DNA of 64,000 nt, taken from Phoronis australis (lineage: Eukaryota; Animalia; Phoronida). Positions within the stretch are counted from its first letter, which is position 1. Every line of letters begins with the position of its first letter. The stretch lies in NCBI GenBank assembly GCA_002633005.1, contig NMRA01000124.1, positions 575,814 to 639,813 on the forward strand, in the 5' to 3' direction. This document shows, piece after piece, positions 38,690 through 51,713 of the stretch. A program made the position numbers and the translations under genes. The notes beneath the pieces are model-generated. The model ran no database searches. It worked only from the letters and a program-made list of their open reading frames with translations, and had not been told where the DNA came from.

Positions 38690-39150
38690 TTTTTACACCG
38701 GCGTTTCTGATTGGCTGCTCGAATTGTCAACAGGTAGTGCTTTATACGTAATCAAACAGGCATGGCTGATGGAGGAAGTGTGAGTGTGGATTTCATTTGT
38801 GGTCTGCTCTACAGACAAATCTGTGCTAATTGGGATATGTTCAAGAAATGTGACTCGGAAATTTTTGGTTGGGCCTTTTCGAGGTAGATTTTTCTACTGT
38901 CGCTACGTTGCTGTCCGTTATGAATAACACATCGGTGAAATCGGCCAAATATGTGTGCATAAACTGTCCAGGTCGCGGATAACTGTACTCGGTCATTCTG
39001 ACGTTATTGAAACTGCAAAGAGAAAATCTGGTTCACAAAGATGTTAACAAAGGCTAAAAATCGTCCATAGTCCGCCGTTCTCTTTCTTTGCTAAACTAAC
39101 CAATGACTGCCGAGGTAACATCAACCAGTAATAAAACGTGTACTGCTGAA
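38690..39150 (+). repeat. Family G internal sequence (homologous to 43840-44270)
   Basis: tttttacaccggcgttt...gattgg...cgaatt.tcaacagg through catagtccgcc...aaccaatgactg.cgaggt.acatcaacca. Confidence 0.8.
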
Positions 39151-39824
39151 TAATACCTACGTGTCCCCTTCACCCTAGCGAGGGTGGTTATAGACTATCG
39201 CGCCATGCACTGGCGAGACTGAGAACAACTCTGAGACTTCCGGTCGATTTCATTGGGAATGGATAGAGAACAGTTGCATTACCTTTATTAACTATACAGT
39301 GTATGAGAGGTATGTTCTAATGGACAGCTCAGCTTGTACTTTTGCATCTGCGTTGACGTCCTTCGGCAAGCATGTTGGTGAACCACTGACTTACAGCATG
39401 GCTTGCGCTTACAAATGACACCCCACTCACCCCCATCACCTGCAGACAACGCGTTACCACACCCTTCGTGATCACCAAGAAAAATCCGTTCATGACTCAG
39501 AAAGTTATAATTTACGAGAAGAAATCAACAAGGCGAGGGAATATATTTGTAGGATATCATTTATTTATTGCCTCCTGTAAGTTTCATGAACGAACGAGAC
39601 AATTGAACAACTGTTGATTAAAAATTCGTAATTTCTATTGTGAGTTTTCCTATAGCTTCACTAGGCTGTCGAAATCGTACCAGTGTGTCTAGACCAGGCT
39701 GTCATATAAATACGTTGACAAGACTCAACCAGTCGGCTTTACTCGGCTGGTCATTTTAGGCCCCGAGCAAAGCTTAAAGCAGTAACGGACGGTTAGTTTG
39801 TCACAAGACCGGGCGTGCGTTCTG

Positions 39825-39957
39825 TAGACGCTAGGACCTACGCTAGGACCTAGCTCAAACCTAGTCAAAGTCACGTGTTCTTATTTAAAAAGCACGGCAA
39901 TATCTCACGTAATCTCGCGAAGTCTTGCTTTTTAGCGAGGTCCTAGCGTTACTGAAC
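39825..39957 (+). mobile_element. MITE family E copy
   Basis: tcacgtgttcttatttaaaa...atctcgcgaagtcttgctttttagcgaggtcctagcgttactgaac. Confidence 0.8.
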
Positions 39958-41494
39958 GGGAGGCAGATGTCACTTCCAATCTGAGAAAAAGAGCAAGTTA
40001 AATTCAATTTTACAACGACAAGTAATCTGATAAAATGTTCTTGGGTGGTGTTATGGCAGCGTTGACAAGGTTCCTCAGAGACTTCAGCAAAACAATATGT
40101 ACTAGGACAAGTTCATGATCGAAAATGACAGGAGTTGGGTTTCAGCTAAATTACTATAACGTGTATAAAACACTCAACTTATGTAAACATGCGGGTAGTT
40201 GAATAAATACCGAAAGATTGCTGCAATACCATAGGTCAGAGGATTAGAATAACGTGAAAGCAGGTGAATCGATTTAAATCACAGACACAAATGACTCAAT
40301 TCATTGAAATGCAGTTTTAATGGCCCTAGACGTCGAGTTTAATTTTACATATTTACTTTGTTAAATGCTATTCTTTCCGCTGAAGTCACTTTACTTCTGC
40401 CTGGTAAGTAAAAATTAATTCTACGTTTGACTTACTGTCTGTTAGGCAAGCTTTTATCGATATGTTCAATAGCTCAAAGATGCATTACATTTCCACCGGT
40501 AATTTCTAACAGCTCTTCGTTTATGTGATAGGAAGGTAGTCCTTTGTATTCATTTTGTTACCTCCCAAAAGCACTACCGGAGCAGCAGTCCTGTATCAAA
40601 AATAAAGAACTTTGACGTACTCAGTTGGTTATCAGTCGTGGTCTGTAGTCTAGGCCCGTATGAATATAAATACGTGAAGAGTATACGTTGTGTCGTGTTC
40701 ATTGCCTTGTATTTATCTCATCAGTACGAAACTAAATGAACCGGCATTGAAAACGTTGCTCTGGCTCTTAAAAACGCGTTCTCACTTAGAAAGGGTTGCA
40801 ATTCCAGGCTTGTGAATTAGACCGTTTAATTACCGCTACATTCGGTCTCAGTTCCTTTTATTACCCATAGGGGTGCAAATAGGAGTAATCGGCTGGAAGA
40901 GATATATACGAATGCAAGCATAAAGAAACTGAGAATTTAATTTTAACATAAATAGAGCACAGATGAGTTATTATAATAATAGTTGCCTTCGACATGAAGT
41001 CGACGTTTCTCCCCGAGCTAATCAATATCATAGCATAGATCATCAGATAAGCACTGACAAAGGCATTTGAGACGATGCTTATTTAATAGCAGAAGATTAG
41101 CTGGCATAAGTAAAGTAGACATGAAACACATGACAGAACTATTAAAAATATGAGGGTAAATAGAGCATCCCTCGACAAAGTATTCAGATTAACATCTACG
41201 AGCGAAGGTCATCAGCAAATGAAATGTAGTTAACTTTCTGAGTAGGAGGACAGAAGAACCAATGTTTCAAAGCTTTTTTAGCAGCAGTTAGATCATGAAG
41301 ACAAATATTTTAGAAATAAAGGTTTAAAACACCACCTTGGCGAACAGAAAAGTTTGCAACTATCCATTCGCCTAGCAGACAAACGTAAAACGGTGAATAT
41401 ACCAGAAACTCAGACTCTCAAGTCTATTGACGGTGTTGGTTTTGGGCCAAAAGTAGTAGGAACCCTGGAACAATTGTTGTTGGCATTCTATATT

Positions 41495-42190
41495 TACATA
41501 TACACATGAATCCAAGGTTTCGACGAGGTCCAGTTCATCATTCTCAAGGAGTTCACCAAAACCCAACAACAGGGTCATAAGTAACAAAAACAACTGAAGC
41601 ACAACTCACTTGCAAAGCAGTCACACACAAAGTTCAAAGTTATCCCCAAAAGGTGTGCTCAACCGACCCCAGGTTGCCATTCAGCGATTCAGCGATGCCC
41701 TGGCATTTAGATCAATAATGGCAAGGCTCTTATTAATAGCCAATCTGAATCTTTTACATCATTGTGAAGAATTGTAGGATAATCTACTACATGGCCTGTT
41801 ACCATAGAATGAATACAGAAGGCATTGTTGTCACTTTGACTGTTCGTTTGCTCTTTGACCTAATTTCCTAGTTGTCATACAAACTCACCACACTGGCAGT
41901 TGAACTATACAACATTAGACCTCTGCAGTACTGACAAGGGATGTTTAAGTTATGAGAACATTGATAACTTACAAGACTGTTTTAGTACAACAATCAATTC
42001 AACGTTGGGTATAAACTAGTAGGCATTGTCTACAGAGACTGTTTATGCCTGATAGGTGTGAAGCTATACAAGTGAATTTTGGTTCAGTTGATTTTGTTAC
42101 TCGTGACCCAGTTGTTGGGTATTGGTGAACTCCTTGAAAATGATGAATTGAACTTCGTCGAAACGTTGGACTCGTGTATATAGGCCTATG
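41495..42190. mobile_element. Penelope-like retroelement remnant with inverted pseudo-LTR ends
   Basis: 41495-41600 is the reverse complement of 42082-42185; both carry ccttga(a/g)aatgatgaa...tcgtcgaaac(g/c)ttgg, the form typical of PLE pLTR ends. Confidence 0.6.
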
Positions 42191-42277
42191 TAAGTACAAA
42201 ATTACAAAAAAAAATTAAGTTTGGACTGCATGCCACCTATTGGTCAAATCACGTGACCTAATGAACATAAGTCCGTA

Positions 42278-42403
42278 GATTTCTGCCTCCGACTGGGGAT
42301 GGATTTCTGTGTTTGACCGGTGGTCTCGATGGGTCAGTGGCTAGAGAGTCTGCACGAAAAAACAGAACGTCCTGGGTTCGTGTCCCGGTCGGGGACAGAA
42401 ATC
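42278..42403 (+). mobile_element. tRNA-derived element with an inverted copy of its 3' end
   Basis: A-box gggtcagtggctagag, B-box gggttcgtgtccc; gatttctgcctccgactgg (42278) is inverted against ccggtcggggacagaaatc (ends 42403). Confidence 0.65.
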
Positions 42404-42510
42404 GATATTTCCACGCCTGTTTAAGATTTACATATTTATAAATACAGAATGCTGAAAACAACTGTGCTGATCAAGGTTTCTAAAACCAGAATCCGGATGA
42501 AATAACCAGG

Positions 42511-42660
42511 GTAGAGTTCAGTAGTTGTCTTGCGGCTAAAAAAATCTCCCCAAAATCACGTGTTCTCATTTAAAATACATGGCAACATCTCGCGTAATCT
42601 CGCGAAGTTTTGCTTTCCTAGCAGAGGTCATATTGAGATCCTATCGTAATTGAACTCTAT
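42511..42660 (+). mobile_element. MITE family E copy
   Basis: tagagttcagta...aattgaactcta termini and the family core. Confidence 0.85.
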
Positions 42661-43740
42661 TCAAAGCTCACCAAGCGGAAAATATTGTCAAATAGAGCTG
42701 CATGGATAACTCTGTCAAAAGCTTTATTGCCATTACGAAAGCAGATAAACCATAGACGATAGATAACAGATTAGCGAGTGCGATATTTTCTTATGTAATT
42801 CCCAACGGAGGCGCAACTTACTTCGTATGCTGATCTAAGTTTCTGCTAAATCTCTTCGGTCGCTGTAATTCTAGTGTCTATTTTACTGCCTAGCAGTACG
42901 AACAAAGACATATCAGCATTGAAAAGGCCAGTAAACTCTCGAAAATACGAGTGGAATGAGCAAAATACGAGTAGAAAATAGGCCTCGCTCGTTTCACAGC
43001 TCCCATGGACGCCGGTCATTTCCTGGCAACCGCATCTCAGACTGTGCACCTGGTGATCGCGTCTCCACCACCCGTTTTGAAAAATCACGCGTCCTCTTCA
43101 TCGTTGCCATTTAAACAATTGGGCGCTTAACCGCTGAGCCACAGAATGCCCCCTGATCACCCAAAGCTTTTATGATTGAACAACACAGACGGTGACATAG
43201 CCGAAGTTTAGCGGATTTGTCATAACTGTAAGACTTGTTGCCAACGCGAAAGTTAAATCGGCGATCTCTAAGTGACACGTGCATTCGATAAGCTAAGTAC
43301 GCAATTTGAAATAAGAAAAAATACACGTAACTCAAAAAACTACCAGCCAAAACTTAAGGGTTGACCTGCCGTACGAATGTCATCAAAGTCGTTGAAGATG
43401 CAAACTGAATAAAACTAAGCACAACCTCCCTCCATTTGTTTGCATTGTTCAAACTTTTACAACTGGAACAATTAAAAAACTAGTCAGAAAACTTCTTCGA
43501 AGCGTTGTATGTCCAGCCAGAATGACGTGTTGATGCGCGAGAATGTTGCAGTGCAAATTTCACTGGAAACATTTCTGTATCTAATCTTGGTTACCTATTC
43601 AACAACTATTTTTGCATTAAACCTCGAAATACTTCAACTCAGTGCGGAATTCCGTGTATTGGCAATGGAAATGTATTGAAAAATAGGTCAGACAAAATGT
43701 CACGTGACCCCGACGTTTGCTTGCTTGGCACTGTACAGGT

Positions 43741-44303
43741 ACTCGCTAGTTCCCTGCTTACCGTTAGGTGGTAGCCGTTCTCTGCTTGCCGCTAAGTGGT
43801 AGCCAGCACGCAGGTATCACTTTATTTTCCTGGGGAAGTTTTTTACACCGGCGTTTATGATTGGGTGGTCGAATTCTCAACAGGAAGCGCTTTATTTTAA
43901 TAAACTGGCATGACTGATGTACAGACAAATCGATGCTTAAAATTCATATTCAAGAAATGTGAATCCCAGAAAATTGTGGCTGCGCCTTTTCGGAGTGCAT
44001 CTTTCTACTGTCGCTGACTTTTGTTTACACTTCTGTCCTGTATTTATACAGTATGAATAACACACAAGTTATTGGCGTGTTTATTGTACGCTGTGCTTCA
44101 AGCATGCGGCTATTTAACATTAGGCCTACTGCAGAAACGAAATAGTTGCTGCTACGTCACTTGCATGACACGGTTAAAAATCGTTCATAGTCCGCCATTT
44201 TCTCACTTTGTTGTAAAGCAAACCAATGACTGTCGAGGTTACATCAACCAATGATAAAGCGCGTGCTGACTACCACCTAGCGGCACGCAGGGAACCAGCG
44301 AGT
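43741..44303. mobile_element. Non-autonomous TIR element family G with a probable 8-bp TSD
   Basis: TIR actcgctagttccctgcttaccgttaggtggtag / ctaccacctagcggcacgcagggaaccagcgagt; flanks gtacaggt (43733-43740) and gtacagat (44304-44311). Confidence 0.8.
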
Positions 44304-45229
44304 GTACAGATAGATATATGGAAAGATAGATCAGCTACAAAGGTGGTATGTGGAGCATGAACAAGGCAGTGATTTGGTTCTTAAAACTGCGAGAAAATAA
44401 TGGTTCTTTTGAAGGATGAATTTGTTGCATGATAGGCTGCCTGTGGTAGACATAAAATTGGGTAAGTGTAAATTTCAACAACTCGTCTAAATGTGAAATA
44501 GCTATGTGATGTGCATAGAAAGTCGGTGAACATTTAGTCTTTGAAAACACATCTTTTGTACAATATCATGAGGATAATACCTGCAATGCCTTGATGCGGG
44601 TTTGCATTCACCTGGTGGTTTAGATTTTACGGTTAATTAAAAACAAATGTCACGTCAGAATCCGGATGAGTTATTTTTTGCACTTTCTACACTACTGTAA
44701 CACAAATTCAGGATAAGTGTCTTTAATTCTGTGCCCAGGTATGTTATGGTTTATGTGGATGACTATTTATGTAAACCTAGTTTGCACTTGATGATCCCAA
44801 CGTTAAAGCTATCGATTTTTACGCGAAATCTCGAGCTTTTATTGTAGTTTGTAACTCAAATCTAGGGGTCGCCAAGTCCGAGGATAATAGGCACTTATCT
44901 TGAGTTCGCATTAAAGCAGGACTGACTGTCAAAAAGGATTTCAAGTTTGATTCAGAGTACAAGGGTTATACCCCGGGCTCGAATTAGAATATTAAGAAGT
45001 AACTGCAATTTTAAGAGAAAGTTCGTGAAACAACATTTCAAACAGAGTTATCATGGTACTTGTATAGGCCAATAGTGCAATTTATTGACTCCGTGATACT
45101 GGCTTATACCCCCATAATCTGTCCAAATCATTTAATAACCAGTGTTATCACGCACCTGCTTACCATTATCAATCAAGCGGGTTTACAAGTGGTTGTAGAC
45201 ATTTAGAGTATTATTGATATGATCATAAC

Positions 45230-45560
45230 TAAACTCTGTGCAGTGTTCTCCAAAACGCTGCCATGAGTTGTCTTCAAAATGTTCTATTTTTGCATAAAGG
45301 CTATCAAAAAGTAGTTGCATAAAACGATAACGAAATGCAAAAAACTGTAGCAGAGTTTTTGAGATTTCAACTTGCTCATTTATATCACATGAAGTCTCAT
45401 CGTGTTGTTGATACCGTTGTTTTGTTAACAATGCATCTTTACTTTTTCACACCTTTTACTAATTACCTAACTAATAGAAGATTAGTAAAAAGTCAAAAAT
45501 TGAATATGTACTTTTAGTGACTTAAAATCCATATTTTTTTATTATAGATAGTTGACTTAA
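45230..45560 (+). repeat. Dispersed repeat family C copy
   Basis: Collinear with 13090-13450. Confidence 0.75.
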
Positions 45561-46659
45561 TTTTCAGGCCTGTCGAAAACCTCAACAGGTTGTCCAATGC
45601 CATCACTGAAATCACAGGGGATAGTGTTACAGTAAGTTAGTCGAACATTCAAGAACAGACCGTAAACGATCAATCACCTTGGTAAGGCTCTCCTCACTTC
45701 CAAGATATTGAAAGAGTAACTAAGCACTGAGAAAGCTATTTTTCTATCACCAAAACAAATTTCAGTGGCAACACCAATGAAAGTCAAAGTCGTCCAGGGA
45801 TTTAGTTACTTTCTCCACGAAGTGATAACGCCACCTGGGCTGGGTTGCATAAAACTTCAAAGTTATCCGCCGGAGAAGTTGCGTGACGTCAGGTACTGTA
45901 CATTGTTCAACAATAGCAACGTGGCGCGTGATAATGCGACGGCATTGTTGCTGTGTAGTGTATAACTTTTGTGCAGCTGGGTTCTGGTGAATGACCATTA
46001 AAAAGACAGTCGTTGAGACATGAACTACGTCGTTATCATGATGATAGGTATTGACAATATTCAACTCTTGCTGCGCCAGTCAAAACCCTTGTGGAGACAA
46101 ACAATATTATCAGTGGCCGACAGGTGTAGTAAACCGGGACGGGATCGTAGATTTGGGAAATCCTCTAATATTGAAACATATCACTTCTAAGATGATTAAT
46201 TTGAAGTTAGAGTCATTACAAAGCGTGATACATGTCTGTTTTTCCTCGCTGTAAGTAGGCGGGGTTACATCATTTGGAGCCTCATTCGAAATAGGAGCGG
46301 TTGCCAGCGCAGGGACTACTTATCTCATCCCACAATCTCACTACGGAATTTTTAGATCAGATCCATGAAAATGTCGACACTCGTACATGATATAGATGGA
46401 GAGGTATGTGTGAAAATGAGATATAACTTTCTCCACAGACATATTGTCATGGTAGTTTTTGGGGGTGAACTTTATCTGTGAATGTGCTGACTTTAGGCAT
46501 ATGGTGACACTCCATAGTTTTTTAGCCACGGTTGAATTTGTTGTTGTCAATTTCACTAACAAAAGCAACGCAGAGCGTTGAAATGCGCCCACGATAGCAA
46601 TCGCAAACGGTGTGCTTATATGGGTGTTTTAGAATCATAAAAATGACCATTAGATTGCG

Positions 46660-47810
46660 CAGAATGCGTCAAACCCATTCGAATTAAGATGGGGGCGTCG
46701 TCTTTGTAATACATGTAAGACACAACTATTTGCTAAATTTCATAAAAATAACCCAAGGAACTCCTAAGATATAGAGGCAACGATTGGTACTAGGGGGCAC
46801 AGCTACAGTCCCATCTGTCTGGAACTCATCGTCATCTGTTGTCATCTCTATAGGAGCCCATCTTCCAAAGATCCTTCGAAGGGTTAAGAAGATGTAGCCG
46901 TAGGTGCAAAAAAAGCGAAATTGCCCCTAAGGGGCGTCTGAACACTCGAAAACATCCAAAAATCAACGTCAGGAACTCAATCGTCAATTTTCAGTGGATT
47001 GGCAGATGGAGAGGCAAAAATTTTAAATGGCCACCAATTGGCGCAGAAAACGCCAAATCTGTCTGAGAATGGGAAGGCGTTGTCTCCTTAATAGAAACCT
47101 ATTTTCCAAATTTCATGAAAATTCATTACTGAAATCCGGAGAAACTCAGGCAAACGTAAGAAACCATTTTGCCAATAGGGTGCACAGTGGTATTTGAATC
47201 AGTTTGACACTCGTTACCGTTTGTCGACGGCTCCACAGGACTAGGCCTGCATCTTTCAAGTTTTACAAAGCTCCTTCAAAGGGTTAAGGAGATTCGGCTG
47301 CAGACGCAAAAAATCGCCACTAGGGGCGACACGGTAGTCGGACCTGTCCGAAAGTCAACGTCACTCGTGTCCTTCTCGTCAGCAACAGATCTGTAAATTT
47401 TCATAATGATCCTTTGAGCGGTATGACAGATAGAGAGGCGTACGCCAGAAAACGGACGCAAAAATAACAAAAACGGCCACTAAATGGCGTAAAATTCGTC
47501 GAATCCATCCGTAAATGGAATGGCATCATCGGCTTCTCATTAAAACCTATTTGCCGAATTTCAAGAAAATACATCAAGGTACTTCGAAGATACAGAGTTA
47601 AACGTCAACCAAAATTGCCACTAGGGGCACAGCAGTATTCGGATCGGTTCGAAACTCGTCGTTATCTGTCGTCAGCCACATAGAAACACACCTGTCAAAT
47701 TTCAATAACATCCTACAAACGGTTTAGGAGATACAGACGCCGGACGCCCTGACCCTCAGACAGAGATGACGGCAATATGCACCTATATACAAATACGTGG
47801 GCGCATAAAA
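46660..47810 (-). mobile_element. Degenerate tandem-array element, opposite orientation to 20950-22600; Helentron/HINE-like end
   Basis: Repeats ccactaggggc, aaatttcat.aaaat and ctcgt...tctgtcg; ends cagacgccggacg...gtgggcgcataaaaa, resembling HINE/DINE-1-type termini (inference). Confidence 0.55.
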
Positions 47811-49707
47811 ATTGGCAACTGCTGGGTTGGCTGGGCATTTAAAGTTTTGTGCTGCACGTGAAGGCTGCGAATGGGACGTGCTTTATTTTTGAGTCTGTTC
47901 TTGGTGTCAGTTGTTAACCCTTTGACCCACTTTTTTCTCAGTCGTGGCTTTTCCTAAACCTTAACTGCTTACAGGCGTGAAGTTGAAATGTAACAGGAAA
48001 TTCAGGTACCCTTCAGGCATTTTGGACTTGCAAAAATCTGGCTGGTCGATACCCTTTTTCAGTTTTGGCAGTTTGAACTTATTGTTTCTCAGTTCAAAGT
48101 AATCGCATGAAAATGGTGGCTTTGCGGTGAAAACTGATGATTTGGGGTATTTTTGTTCGTTTTAAGTAGTACTTGCACATCCGGTAGTCGTAAAAGATGG
48201 AAAATTTTCGAATCAGTTTCAATAAACTTTATGCAAGGTTTATGAAGTCTTTGAGCCAGTATACTGTTCATATTTTTCAGATTTTGTGGAACAGACTGTT
48301 TGAGCTGCCAAGACCTGGTTTCTCAAGTAAAAAATCAACAAAGCAAAAACTGTTGAGTGCCATGTATAGCAAGTTGTGGAACTTTTAAACTGACGATTGA
48401 TTTGCCGTATGTATGAAGTTCGCACATGCGTAGACAACTTTCACCTCCAAAGGGAACTGTGATGTTACGAATTTACACAAGGTGTAAAGAATGTTCAAAA
48501 CATTCAGCTATTACTCGACAGATTTGCCTTGAGCTGCTTTGATTGGAGAGTCATAGTTTTAGGCTTCGTGTAAGCCCCTGTTGTCAGTTGGTGAACTCTA
48601 CAGGTACTTGATTTGTTTACATACAGTCTCTTGACCTTCAAAAATATCGTTAGCATAAAATGTGCTGTAAATACTCTTTCTATTAAAAACAAATTTTGAT
48701 TAAAATCTCTTGCCGTCATCCAATTGTGTTCAATTTGTTCCGAATTCGAACGGAAAAAACCAGCACTTTGTAATCGATTGAGATCTGGCTCTGCAAGTTG
48801 GTTTGTCACGGGAAGACATTAATTAATAACGAACTGCAATACTTTCCTAGCCATCCTCCGTCTAAATACGGCCAAGATGGGACTAGTTTTAAACCGGGAA
48901 TGGTCTAAATCAAAAGTTCGTTTCTTTGACGGAACACAGGTTTGAAGCAGATTTAAGGCTGAGTAGGATATTATCTACACGTTTTATGTCACGCTCATTC
49001 GATACAATTCGTCATTTCCGTACGACGTTATAAGGTAGTAGATGCACACAATAACGTCACTCGGAAGTGAACGAACTTTGTATCGAACGAGTTATCTTAT
49101 GCATTTAGATGTTTATAAAACCATAGAAAATAACTCCCTGAAAGTAAATATTTTCTGAAAGTAGAAAGTCTGTAGACATCTAGTTTTTATTTTTTTTTAC
49201 CAACCCGTCATGAATTGAGTCATGTAAACATATGAAATTTAGCAAAAGAGAGGTGCGTTCATAGCGAAACGTCAAGAACAAGATCAAATTTCACTTGACA
49301 TATTTGTTGAAGATGTAATCTCAAAAATGCTGTTACAGTTTTTAAAATGTTTCCTTTAGTTTTATCCAACTTTCTATTTTTTCATGAAAATCTTTCGCGA
49401 CACATTTTTATAGTCCCTTGTGAACATGTGGAACATTTTAAAAACAATTGCTAACGGCGTTTTGGAAAACATTCCCTCATATACTGTATGTAAAAAAGTT
49501 TCATACGGCGGAATCCGATCGAACGTTTCTGAGATGTGATGTTCCGATGTTAACCAAATTTGCACGTTTTTCTAAACTCCTACTACAATGCTAACATCGG
49601 AGATCCAAATTAATGCTTTTGTACTTTTCCTGCTGCTTTAAGACGTACCCCTGGGTCGCAACCAATTTGCGTTGCCTCTCCGGCTCTCTATTCTTCTTGT
49701 GCCGCAG

Positions 49708-49836
49708 GCTTGTCGGTTGTACCGCTCTCATCTCGGAGTCCTACTCGGGACAGTACCCCCTCCCCCCAACTAGCTCCGCCACAGGATGTGAGTATTACAA
49801 CTGTATCTACGCCAAGTGTATTCCTAACACGACAAG
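49708..49836 (+). CDS. Candidate internal exon of an unidentified host gene (Ser/Pro/Thr-rich)
   Basis: Strong acceptor ctctctattcttcttgtgccgcAG|; open frame xLSVVPLSSRSPTRDSTPSPQLAPPQD; donors GAT|GTGAGT (after 49787) or CAAG|GTACTG (after 49836); locally GC-rich; no homology recognised. Confidence 0.45.
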
Positions 49837-50643
49837 GTACTGAAATGAGTCAAATTCCTTTTAGACGTGTTAAATACATGTACTTTTGTGCAACATATCG
49901 TTGTTTCGTTTTATTCCACACAACCACTAATTAGTTATTACACATTTTATGCCCCCCTTATCATGTGCCCCCATCGGAAACCCCTCACATTTTCTTGACC
50001 TATCACACTGAGTCGACTGGTGCATTGACATCATCTTTGTGACGAGCACCTTAGTGCACTGACTACAGCCTGAACAGCTGATCGTCTGTAGGGAAAAAAT
50101 TAACTAATTTACTCAAGGAAAGTCACCAATTAGAAACATCGCCGACATTATGCATCAATATCTATTGATAACGCGATTTCTAAACAAAACAATCTTGTCA
50201 GGAAAAGCACCCTTCGAACAGCGGTATAGATCTCTGATAGGGCGCTATCGATTCACTCACGGCGAACCAAGTTCGAAGTATTTGCACCCATGTAAACGCC
50301 ATACAACAGCTATGTTCCGTACTAAATCTGACAACGGTAAACTTTCCGAACTCCGTAGTGAAAAAGCGTATTTATTTTTTCACGAAAGATGTCCTAATTA
50401 TCCACTAACAACATCCCCGACAATAAATCACTGCGGTCCCTTTGTTTGGGCACGAGGTCCCGGTATACGATCGTTACTCAGAAATGTCGTCAATCAACGG
50501 TGTGTGTGAATCTACGTCTCGTTTTTATCGCATAAAACAAACTTGAAGATGATAAGCCTTGGCTATTACTTGCCAAACGACGGGTCATAACTTGTCTTGT
50601 CGGCAAGAAATTCTCAAGCCCTCGTTTTTGGAACTGGACACCT

Positions 50644-50773
50644 CTACACACCTCCACTACGCACCTCCACTACGCACCTCCACTACGCACCTCCACTACG
50701 CACCTCCACTACGCACCTCCACTACGCACCTCCACTACGCACCTTCACGACACACCTCCACTACACACCTCCA
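50644..50773. repeat. Minisatellite, 13-bp unit ctacgcacctcca x10
   Basis: Seen directly; six perfect central copies. Confidence 0.97.
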
Positions 50774-50784
50774 CCAGAAAATTC

Positions 50785-50862
50785 AGGAATTCTAACTATG
50801 AACCGAACCACAGGTCTCTAGATTGCCGGTTTAGTGCTCTTACCACTGAGCTACTGAGGATC
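50785..50862 (-). mobile_element. tRNA-derived SINE head (second copy 51957-52034)
   Basis: Minus strand tcctcagtagctcagtggtaagagcac...ggcaa...gtggttcg; A box tagctcagtggt; B box ggttcgattcc intact in the second copy, altered in this one; acceptor stem decayed. Confidence 0.75.
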
Positions 50863-51713
50863 CGATATCTGTGCAATGACTGTTAGCAGCCAACTGTTAT
50901 GTTATACATCCCACGAGCGACGTTTCGCCTTTTCGCAAGAAATTTGAACAACCATATAATCAGCTAAATCGTGACACAAAAATGGAACTGTCGAGATCTG
51001 TGTCGCTGTACTGAATAAAACAATTTTGTTATCATTAATAGATGTAATTTGGAAATTCTGATATTTGAAATCTGCAACCGTCATCGTATGGTAAGTTTTC
51101 TTGTGAAAAGGGACTGCTTGTCTTGCTTCACAAAGATGATTTAATTTGCGTCGATTACTGGAGAATAAGTTGATCATTGGTCTCTAGAGGCATTGGAATC
51201 GAATAAACCCCTCACTCATCGAAAAAGGCCTGGCGGACCAGGCCGAAACGTCTGCGTTTAAACTGAATCGTGTCTAAGTAAATGATTATCTTCTATTCCA
51301 TTGCGTCGATTAGCACGAGCGCCACCTAATTTTTTTCTGGGCTAAATGGGGTTCTTGATTGGGTCGTACGTTAGTAATTTGCGTAATCAGTTAATGCCAG
51401 GAGTAAACAAAGAGGTGACACGCTTGTGTGTACCAATAATACATATATTGAACATGTTCAAGTCATTTGGCCATTTTACTCCGTCTTTAAGTGAAGTTCG
51501 CCTCTTGGTCACATCTCTAATCTTTGATCATTTGCATTCGACGGAGGGGACTGAATTGAACATTTTTCATGGCGAGCTTTTTAGTGGGCGCTAGTAAAAA
51601 TAGCTGACAAGAGGTTTGTGTCCGAATTACGTAACTCGTAATACAGTTCAAGGTGCACTCCTAAGCAGGACGAATAGTTCTTAGACCAGAAGTAATGACG
51701 CCGACCCCTCTTA

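Noticed and set aside
50559-50821. Repetitive ORFs (HLHYAPPLRTSTT)n
   Set aside because: Translations of the 13-bp minisatellite.
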